Assembly (NCBI GenBank): GCA_035084275.1 | Contig: CM068743.1 | Span: forward strand, 101,680,001 to 101,744,000 | Source: Hydrolagus colliei | Taxonomy: Eukaryota | Length of the DNA stretch: 64,000 nucleotides | Direction of reading: 5' to 3' | Part shown: positions 54,430 to 64,000 of the stretch, one piece after another | How the letters are laid out: each line of letters starts with the position of its first letter | Numbering within the stretch: position 1 is the stretch's first letter | Program-made: the position numbers and the translations under genes | Notes under the pieces: model-generated | Databases searched by the model: none | What the model was told of the DNA's origin: nothing | Seen by the model: only the letters and a program-made list of their open reading frames with translations

Positions 54430-56195
54430 ACGTGTTGCTTCTCCCGGGCTCTGTCCTTGGTCCCCTCCTTTAGAACAACTACATGTTCCCCCTTGGTAAC
54501 ATCATCCATAGACATGGGATCAACATCCACATGTCCACGGATGACACCTAACTCTATCATAGAATCTTACGGCACAAAAGGAGGCCATTCAGAAGAATGA
54601 ATTGCTCAAAAGAGCAATTTAATCCCACTCCTCAGCTCTCTCCCCATAACCACGCAAACCCGTCCTCCCCAAATAAATGTCTAGCTCTCTTGTAAAAGTT
54701 GTTATCGAATCAGCCTCCACTACCTTTTCAGGCAATGCATTCCAGATTCGAACAACTCGCTGAGTGAAAAAAATTCTCCTTGCCTCCTCTCTGCATCTTT
54801 TTGAAACTATTTTAAATCTGTGACCATGAGTCACTGGTACACCCACCAGTGGAAACAGTTTTTCCCCTGTTAAGCCTGTCGAATCCCCTCATGATCTTAA
54901 AAACCTCTATTAGGTCTCCTCTTAACCTTCTCTACTCCAGTGAGAATAAACCTAGCCTCTCTAGCCTTTTCTCATAATTGAAGTCCATCATTCCTGGTGC
55001 CATCTGGATAAATCTCCTCTGCACCCTTTCCAATACCTTAACATCCTTCCAAAAGTGTTGCGACCAGAATTGAACACAGCTGAGACGTACCCAAAGTTTT
55101 ATAGAGGTTAGTCAGAACTTCCTGACTTCCTGACTTTTGTACTCTATGCCCCTATTTATAAAATCTAGTATCCTGTATGCTTTTCTAACAGCCTGTCCTG
55201 CCACCTTCAAAGAATCATTTACACATATCTCTCTGCATCCACCCTTGACTCCAGGACCACTGCTATTCTCACAGACTGCCTGTTGGCAATCAGGGCCTGG
55301 ATGAGAGCAAACTTTCTCCAGTTGAATGTCAACAAGACCGAGACTCTGTTACTTGGCTCCCAGCAGCGCCTCCATACCTCGGGCACTGACTGCTTACAAC
55401 AACAAAATTACATTGGTGTAGTTCCTTTCACATTGGGAGGACGTCCCACGGTGCTGGCGTACCCTTCACTCTACATCACACGGAGCCAATATGGAACCTT
55501 GGCATCCTGTTCTACTCTCAACTGGCCTTCATCCCCCACATCCCTGCCATCTCTGCCTTCTCCCACCTCTGCAACATCACCTGGCTACACCATTATCTCA
55601 CAACCCAGGCTGCCAAGATGCTCATACACGCCTTAATAACATCAAGGCTTGACCGCAAACTCCCTGCTTGTTGTCCTTGCCAACTCCTCCCTCCACAGGT
55701 TGCAGCCGATATCTTCTCCCACCCAAGCTTCTGCAACCCTATCACCCCATCCTCGTCTAACCCCATCATTCAGACAATACCGTTCAAGTTTCTGGTCCTC
55801 ACTGTCAAAGGCCTTGCTCCTCCCTAGCTCTGTGATCTCCTAATCCCTTACCAACCTGTCCACTCCCTCCACTCAGGGCTCTAGCCTGCTTCATGGCCCC
55901 CACCTTGCCTGCCCCACCCATTGTTGGGCATGCATTCAGCTTCTCTATCCCCACTTTCTGGAACTCCATCCCATAGTTCCTCCACCTGACCCCCTCCCTT
56001 CCTTCTTCATGACCTGTCTCAAGGCCTTCTTCTTCGACCGTGCCTTTGGTCTCCCTGCTATCCCTACCCTGGCTGCCCTCTAATCCTCCTGAACCCAACC
56101 AGCAGGTTCGATGTGGATCCCTGACTGTGCAGCATCTTGGGATGTCCTCTTAACATGAAAAGCACTATACAAATGTAATTTTTGTTGTTGTTGAT
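54430..56195 (+). mobile_element. L2 LINE fragment interrupted by a CR1 insertion
   Basis: gggctctgtccttggtcccctcc and gatgacacc (DDT) lie before 54555. The element resumes at ~55227 with tctctctgcatccacc, then IRAWMRANFLQLNVNKTET, and ends in a tail at ~56190. Confidence 0.82.
54556..55215 (-). mobile_element. CR1 LINE 3' fragment (ORF2 C-terminus)
   Basis: THGHRFKIVSKRCREEARRIFFTQRVVRIWNALPEKVVEADSITTF is a typical CR1 ORF2 end, with a gattctatga tail. Confidence 0.92.
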
Positions 56196-57064
56196 ATCAT
56201 GTAATTTCAATGCGTAGGAAGTGATGTCAGCAGTAACCTGTTGAACTAGTAAATCCCTGCCTCCAAGTTCACCTGATGAGCCAAGCTGGCTGGTCTGACG
56301 TGAACGATGCCTTGGAGTACTACAGGCTGCCTGGCTCAGGAATTGGATTACCCAGGCCACCACACAGGGTTAACGATTCTAACATTCCATTGGCAAGCCT
56401 GTCACCTTGATTCAAGGGGATCAATTTACCTCTCTGCAAGGAGGTGAGACATTCCTTTGTCATATGACAACTGAAAGATGTAAATTTGAGCCCTCAATGG
56501 GTAGGTGGTGGGTAGCAGGACTCCCTGATACATTGGACAGAAGTATATAATCATTGACTCAATTTTACCAAGTGAGAAGACTTGAAGTTTGGCAAGTAAG
56601 ATACTTGATTTCCAAGAATTCTTTTTGTCTACGTTTCTGGGAATAAACAATGGAGAACCTTTAGTTTTCATCATCAAGCTCATTGATTAATTTGGTGAGT
56701 TTGGTTTCAGGGCACACAAATTGCACTGAATCCACAAAACTGTATTTAAAGATTTTTTAAAAAAAATTTGCTGCTCTTTAATCATCTTTATGCTATTAAG
56801 ATAACATTTGGACCCTCCAAAGTGCAATGGATTTTTGACTTAAGTTTTGAGACCAATTCAGTTAGATTTATCATTCTGTGATTATGGCAGTCATTGGGTG
56901 TGAATAATATCTACCAGGAATACAGGAGAAAATAGCTCTTCTTTACTGCTAAGTGTTCTATAATTGTAAAGTTAAATATACGGAAGAGTCAAAGAATAAT
57001 TTGAAAGAAGCAGAATAAAATAATATTATGGAAACATTGAAAGAAGCAATTAGCAAAAGTAACA

Positions 57065-59110
57065 AATGCACCTGGCTCAAATCCGGCCTAACAGTCCACC
57101 GGCACATCTGGCTGGACCTCACATCGACCTACCGCTCCGTTATAGCCTCCGCCAAATTATCCTTCTACTCCAGAATAATCCTGGAGGCGAAGGACAACTC
57201 CCATCTTCTCTTCTCCACCATTAACCAGCTCCTCCATCCCCTCCGCCTCGCCTCGTAGGTCATTTTCTCCAACTCCTGCTGTGAGGAGATGCTGGATTTC
57301 CCCAAGTCCAAGATTGAGGGAATCCGCTCTGCAGTCACCATCCCTCCAACTTCCATCCCCTACTCACCAACCCTCCCACACCTCATCTTCTACTGATCCC
57401 TCCTTTCACACCTTTGTTCCCATCTCCCCATCCTCCATCACAAAAAACATTTTCTCCATATAGCCCACCACCTGCTCCCTACTCCCCATCCCCACCCCTC
57501 TCCTTACCACCCAGCTCCACCTTCTAGCCCCACTAATTGCCGACACCATTAACCTGTCCCTTTCATCTGGCACCGTTCCTATTCCCCTCAAAACTGCCAC
57601 TATCACCCCCATCCGAAAGAAACCTTCCCTCGATGCGTCGCAGCTCTCAAGCTACCAGCCCATCTCCAACTTCCCTTTCCTGTCCAAGGCTACGAAAGAG
57701 TAGCCTCCCAGCTCCGCTTTTTCCTCTCAACCCACCCACTTTTTGAACCCCTCCATTCGGGTTTCCGTGTTGCCCACAGCACGGAAACTGCTCTAGTCAA
57801 GGTCACAAATGACATACTGACCATCTGTGATCAGAGCTCCCTCTACCTCCTCGTCCTCCTCGATTTATCCACCACCTTGGACAACATAGACCACGCAATC
57901 CTTCTCCACCGCCTCTCCTCCCTCCTCAAGCTTCAAGGCTCTATTCTTGATTGGTTCCAGTCATACCTCTCACACCGCCTTCACTTTGTCTCCTCCAACG
58001 GCTTTTCCTCCAGCCCTCACACAGTCACATGCAGCATTCCCCTGGTCTCTCCTTGGCCCCCTGCTTTTCACCCTCTACATGCTATCCCTCAGTGACATCA
58101 TCCGCAGACACGGGGTAAATTTCAACATGTATGCAGATGACACCCAACTTTACCTTTCCGCTTCCGCCCTCGACTCCAGGACTACTGGCATTCTGACTGC
58201 ATGTCTGTCCAACATTGAGTCCTGGACAAGGGACAACTTCCTCTAACCAAACGTCAACAAGACAGAGGCCCTCCTAATTGGTTTGCATTAGCGTTGGCAA
58301 AATCAGCATTCGAGGCTGCACTCTCTGCCTCTCAAACCCAGTCAGGAATCTGGGCATCTTGTTCAACTCCAAACTATCTTTCCTCCCCCAAATTCGCATC
58401 ATGACTGGTACAGCCTTGCACCACCTCCGCAAAATTGCCAGACACCCCTACTACCTCACCCCCCATGCTGCCGAAACACTCATCCACGCATTCATCACAT
58501 CTAGGCTCGACTGTGGGAACTCTCTCCTCATTGGCCTTCCCAGCTCATCCCTTCACAAGCTGCAGATTATTCAGAACTCTGCTGCTCATGTACTCTCCCG
58601 CACTAGACACTAGGTGACCACATCACTCCCACTCTCTCCTGTCTCCACTGGCTCCCCATCCCCCAGAGGGTTCGAATTCAAGATCCTCGCCCTCACTTTC
58701 AAGGCCATTCACAGCCTTGCCCCCCCCCTATCTCTCCGACCTGCTGTCTTCCTATCAGCCTGCCCGTCCCCTCTGTTTAGCGGGCTCTGGCCTGCTCCAC
58801 TTCCCCTGCTCGAACCGCCCTACCATTGGTGGCCCGGCTTTCAGCCTCTCTGCCCCCACACTCTGGAACTCAATTGCGCAATCCCTTCGCCTTGCTTCCT
58901 CCCTTTCCTCCTTTAAGGCCAGTCTCAAGACCATGCTCTTCGACGTGCCTTCTGCTCCCCTTCTAACTCTCCCTCCTCTAACCCCTTCCCACCACCCCCA
59001 CCCTCCCTGCCCCCACTCGGATCCCGACCTAACTGTTCAGCGCCTTGGGATATCCTCCTGACGTGAAAGGCGCTCTATAAGTGTAATTTTGTTGTTGTTG
59101 TTGTTGTTGT
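57065..59110 (+). mobile_element. Longest L2 LINE copy (~2 kb, 5'-truncated, RT pseudogene)
   Basis: HSTETALVKVTNDIL, LLDLS, LGPLLFTLYM, MYADDTQLY and LIHAFITSRLD motifs, several stops and frameshifts, and a (TTG)n tail. Confidence 0.93.
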
Positions 59111-60371
59111 ATGTTATGAGGGTTATTGATGTGGCTCAGAAATTACAAAATTGTAGGAAAATTGCTTTTCCTCCTCCTGAACAGGTTTCTCTTATACTCA
59201 TTTTGCTCAGAAGGATCTAAGGTACAGGCTGTCATAATAAATTATTAATCTTGTTTGTACAATTTGATAGCATCTATGATTGTTTAACATTAAATAAATA
59301 TTTTCCTTCATGTTTAAGATTGTAATGGTATAGGCTGTGCCAGAGTTTATTTGAAGTGCTTTCTAAAGAGATGGTATTATTTCTGTATGGATTGCATAGA
59401 CTGGTTAAAATATTAATGTCCAATAGTTTCAAATGCACAATCAACTCTCTCAACAGTCTGAATTTAGAATCAACTTCTTAAATTCCATTCTATATACAAA
59501 CTGTTATTTCATATTTGGGTTTTAAAATTTGAGATTTGGAATGGAAATTCCAATTAAAAATTCTACAAAAAATGGTGTTACCCTATGTAACTATGTGAAG
59601 TGTTGAAGGAGAAAACAAATATTGACAATGTCAAAGGCAGCAGATAGATTGAGGAGGAAGTGCAGGGAACCCAGTCACAGTCCAATGCCACTTCTGGTTT
59701 TGACTTGTCAGTTATGTAGCTTGGCCTAAACCAGCCTGGAAGTTCTCAAGTATAGTGGGAGAGCAAGCAACATTGTTGGAAAGTAATAGATTATGTTATT
59801 TTTGGAGCTAAGCCTGTCTATAAACTCCTTGGGTTTTGGATGGGTTGGGAAGGATGTGGGAGGGAGGGAGGGTGGGAAGGAGGGGAGGGGGCTGGTGCTA
59901 AAGAAAAGCAGCTTAGGTTTTTCTTGCTCTCCTGGAGTAGAAGAGGATTTGACCATGGAGAGGAGGACAATATGGGTAGACATTTTCTAATATGTTCCTT
60001 GTGAAATTTAGCACAAGCAAACTTTTTAAAATATTGCTCTCATATTGTTCAATAATTAATGCCACCCACTTCCTTCAGATCTCAGTTTTCACCCTGAATC
60101 AGGAACATTGGTTCCACTTGGGGGCGGGTAAGATCTGACGTCCTGGAGACAGAATGGGTCCAGCATTAGATAAAATGTCTTAATTCAGTTGCAGCAATCA
60201 AATGCAGATATTCAGCACCAGGGGCAGCTTTTCAGTCTGTGAATTCGTTATAAATGTTCCAATGAGAGGGTGGAGGGGAGATAGGGGAATCATTACTAGG
60301 AATGTGTTACAAAATGCAGCAAATTTCACCCCAGTGTTCCTTGATATGCTGGTAAAGCCATTATATGCCAC

Positions 60372-60716
60372 TAGGGTCAGGCGATATATCGATATATTGG
60401 TTATATTCGATATCATTTTCATATTGATGTGCCGATATCGGAATTTAGAATATATCAATATATTGAAAAATTCGATATGTAAAAAAAAATAGATATATTG
60501 CAAATATCGATATATCGTGTCCGGCAATATATCGGTATATATCGATATAAAGCGGACTTTTTCAACTTACCTTGTCGATATCCGAATGTGCGCACACACC
60601 GGAATGCGCGCGCATGCGCAGGACAAAAAAAACCAGCGATATCGATATATCGGTATATATCGATATGGTAAAACCGTTATATCGATCTCGGAAAATTTCG
60701 ATATCGATGGACCCTA
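60372..60716 (+). mobile_element. hAT MITE, 345 bp, same family as 40942-41896
   Basis: TIRs TAGGGTCAGGCGATAT / ATATCGATGGACCCTA and a perfect 8-bp TSD TATGCCAC (60364-71 and 60717-24). Rich in ATCGAT. Confidence 0.92.
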
Positions 60717-62135
60717 TATGCCACTCATGCTCTCTAGCAGTCTGTTTAATGAACAAAGGTCCCCCCAAACCCAAAGCACTCAATAATTAAATATTAGTGT
60801 CACTTCTGGCTTGTCACTTCCTCCTTCAACTGCTGCCTTTGTGAAGTGGTTATGTTAGCTAGAACCATGATAGACATGGTCAGAACAAGACACTGTTTCA
60901 TTTTGTATGTGTAAAATGCAAAACAACAAGCAATTAGCAGCAGAGATACGGCAGGACATTTTCCTTAATTTAGCAATGTATTCCTGTATAAAATTATTTT
61001 AGAAGAGATGGTACTCGGAAAAAAAGATTAACCCAGTTTGTATGTGTTACTATTTTAGGTTTAATTCTGAGTATCATTGTGATCTCATTTCTTAGAATGA
61101 TTTGGAATTGATTTTACTTTGATTTTACTTTCCATTTGTAAAGAAACAGTCTATGCAGGAATAGAAAACAATACATTCTCTTAATACTATTTTGGATGAG
61201 TTTTAATCAATCTTCTGCACACTAATTTATTTTCCATAACTGTTCAGTTTGCTTCTCTTGTGCATTGTGTGTGACATTATACAACTATTCTGTTTTTCTA
61301 ACCCACTTGGCTTTACAAGAGATATCCTGTGAAATGTAGTTTGAAATTAAAATGTTTTATAGTTTCATCAAAGTTTCCCCTTGTGATCAAATCTGTTCAC
61401 TTTTAAAATAAATGAATAATTATCACAACTGACAGGCTTTCTCTTTACAATATTTATTTCATTCTTGTTAGATTCCCCTACTAAAGGATAACAGAGCTGT
61501 AATGGTAATGTTTATTGTTTATATTAATTGTATTATTTCTTGATATTAAATTACAATTTAAGAAAGGGTGTGAATCCCTTGGAAACAGAAAGATTTAAAA
61601 TATAAAAATCAACGATGCTGGATGCCACAGTGGTGATGCCAGGAGCAGGTTTTTCACATGACTGGTGAACCACATTTTATGAAAAATTACAGTGGTTTGT
61701 TCTTAAGTTAAGAAATGGAAACTAATTATATCAGCGTTTAACATGCAGGTTGGACTAATAGCCCATGGGTTAGCCATGTTCTAACGCATACAGATGCCTT
61801 TAAATATGTTATTAACACCCCCAGTGAAAAGGATTCCCAGTGATTTTGATCCTTTTCGATGGTTAATTGCACAATAAGGACACCTGATGGCATTTGCATG
61901 AGGTTTGTCCATCTATGAGCCCAACTCGCATTTTACATCCCAGTAAGATGAAGAGTCAATCTGGAAGTTGCTAAGATTCTTTGTAAATTGAGATGGTGTT
62001 ATGTGTCTGAATATTTAAAGAACACTTAGATGTCTGAAGACCTGTTTGATATTCAATCCAGTTGTCTGTAATTTCTGTTTCTGTCCTTCTCTCTGTCTTC
62101 CTCTTCCGCACTTCTTATGTGTTTGATTCTCACAG

Positions 62136-62203
62136 GGGACGTGGATTACTACTGGCTGGACCATGCGTCTTGGCATAGCAGTGAGGCGTCCCCAATGTCT
62201 TTG
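62136..62203 (+). CDS. RIMS2: RIMS2 alternative exon A, 68 nt (GDVDYYWLDHASWHSSEASPMSL)
   Basis: Acceptor tctcacAG and donor GTgaga. Phase 1 in, phase 0 out, so it joins 19866 to 63598 in frame. The peptide matches the RIM1/RIM2 'GDxDYxWLD..WHS.E.SP' segment preceding the PDZ domain. Confidence 0.92.
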
Positions 62204-62310
62204 GTGAGACATGTGGAGCCTTACCATTCAGTTTCCTTTTTATTTCACTTTCCTTTGGTTTATTTATGCCTTTGCATGTTTCTTTTCTTTTTTTTTATCC
62301 CACGCCTTAG

Positions 62311-62519
62311 GGAACAGTCAAAGGGGAAAAAGAAAAACTAGTGAGCAGGCAGTATTGTCGGACTCTAACACCTTGTCTGAGAGGCAAAAGAAAATGGTGC
62401 GATTTGGTGGCCACTCATTGGAAGAGGACTTGGAATGGTCTGAGCCTCAGATTAAAGACTCTGGGGTAGATACTTGCAGTAGCACAACACTAAACGAGGA
62501 ACATAACCATAGCGAGAAG
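62311..62519 (+). CDS. RIMS2: RIMS2 alternative exon B, 209 nt (GNSQRGKRKTSEQAVLSDSN...DSGVDTCSSTTLNEEHNHSEK)
   Basis: Long pyrimidine tract plus ccttAG acceptor, donor GTacta. Phase 1 in, phase 0 out. The peptide matches the recalled human RIMS2 GDSQKGKRKTSEQAVLSDSN... segment. Confidence 0.93.
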
Positions 62520-63597
62520 GTACTAAGTCTGTATAGCCTGCATTCTACCTGCTCATTTGGTCTTTGTTTGCTCTCTGTCACTGATTTTAAAGGGACAGAA
62601 CTTTCCAGAGATAAATCCGCATCTGCAAAGGTGCAGATAATAGTAAAGAAATACAAATCTGCTTGTTATTGCTGAAGCAGCTCAATCTTGTTTATTTTTA
62701 GAGGCAAACAGGAATGTTCAGTTCTACACCTGCATGACAGTCTTTTTCTAAATGTTTTGTGTTGTTATTCAGGAATATGTTTGTTTAAGCTTCGACAAAT
62801 CGATTTTTCTGAATTTATAATTAAACATCTCCTTAAAATATCCCCTTAAAGTGACAACATAAAATTATTATAATGTATATATAAAAAACGCAGACTGAGA
62901 GGAAAAGTTGGATCTGTTTTGCACAGAATTGTGTTTTTCTTTTTTCCCTTCCACTGTTATGTATGTAAATTTATTTTGGTGCAGTGATATTTTGGTAGCT
63001 GTTGTAATAGAGCGTTCTGCTGTCTGCTTTGGTACCCGCTAGTTGCTTAAATGTAATGGTGTTTGCAGGATGCGTTGTTGGTGGTGGTTTTTGGTGTGAC
63101 AGGGTGGTGGATGTTACTAAGCAGTTTTGCTCTTGCCTGCTTTTTATTGTGCATGAATATTAGCATGAACTGAAACAACTGGCTCTTGTAATTACACAAG
63201 CTTCGTCCACAAAATATACAGTCAATTCATTTTACAATATATTCTGTGAAGCACGTTGAGACGTCTCGAAGACGTGATGAGGCGCTATGTCAAATGCAAG
63301 GATTATTATCAAGCTGTTGGATGGCTGCATCAAAAAAAAGCCACAGTGGAAATCTCTTCCAGTTTATCAAACTCCCCCAAAATTTAAATCGACCCCATAC
63401 TACTTCCAAGCTAAATCTGGGCTTGAATTGAATTTGGAAGTAGAAATTAATAAATAAACCAGAACGTTTGTGTAATTGCAATTTTGTTCTAAATGTGGAA
63501 GGAAATGACAAAGGTGAATTTTGAAATAATGAACTACTTGAGCATGCTAAGAGTGTATGGATATTAAAGACACATGTGTTAATCTTTGATCTCATAG

Positions 63598-63717
63598 CAT
63601 CCCGTGACATGGCAACCTTCCAAAGATGGAGATCGACTTATTGGTCGTATTCTGTTAAATAAACGTCTCAAAGATGGTAGTGTGCCTCGTGACTCTGGAG
63701 CATTGCTGGGACTGAAG
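63598..63717 (+). CDS. RIMS2: RIMS2 exon, 120 nt, leading into the PDZ domain (HPVTWQPSKDGDRLIGRILLNKRLKDGSVPRDSGALLGLK)
   Basis: Translated by hand because it is absent from the ORF track. Acceptor ctcatAG, donor GTaggt, phase 0/0. Near-identical to the recalled RIM2 sequence. Confidence 0.96.
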
Positions 63718-64000
63718 GTAGGTTTAAATCTTATTATAGTACCACACAGCGACAACCTGCGACCCTGAAAACGAACAGCACTTGCACATTTTTTCATAAG
63801 CTGTTAAGAAAAAGAAATACACAATAAATACCTCTTGACTCTTTCTTTTACCTCTGATTTCAGTATATTGCTGTATGTTTTCTTTAACTAATGGAATGTC
63901 TGCTAAATCCTGATGTTGATCTCCAACATCTAACCAGTATCTAAGTGGTGAACAGTTCAGCTTCAAGCCCACTTTCATTCGTATCTTGAGTGATACATTG

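Larger units (their letters stand above)
19867..62135 (+). other. RIMS2: ~42.3-kb RIMS2 intron (GT-AG), repeat-rich
   Basis: Bounded by the splice sites above. No RIM-like coding sequence was recognised inside. Confidence 0.85.

Noticed and set aside
57028-59061. Active reverse transcriptase gene or novel RT system
   Set aside because: It is a 5'-truncated L2 copy with multiple stops and frameshifts, an ordinary dead retrotransposon.

Overview
This is vertebrate genomic DNA, not prokaryotic. The LINE/SINE repertoire suggests a cartilaginous fish such as a chimaera, which is an inference. The window is an internal + strand segment of RIMS2 (RIM2, a presynaptic active-zone scaffold). It holds one large 950-nt coding exon (18917-19866), a ~42.3-kb intron, two phase-incompatible and therefore mutually exclusive exons (62136-62203 and 62311-62519), and the exon leading into the PDZ domain (63598-63717). 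The introns are packed with decayed L2-type and CR1 LINE fragments, tRNA-derived SINEs and DNA transposons. The transposons are three related CpG-rich hAT elements with perfect 8-bp TSDs (one retaining a frameshifted BED zinc finger), a Charlie-like MITE and a TA-flanked Tc1/mariner-pogo MITE. There is also a Penelope-like remnant with a degenerate minimal hammerhead ribozyme fold and an unclassified ~350-400 bp dispersed repeat. Almost all other ORFs in the track are repeat-derived or spurious. I found no convincing wholly new biological system. The best leads are the hAT family architecture, the hammerhead motif and the splicing switch. Exon, TIR and TSD coordinates were counted by hand; repeat-fragment boundaries are approximate.
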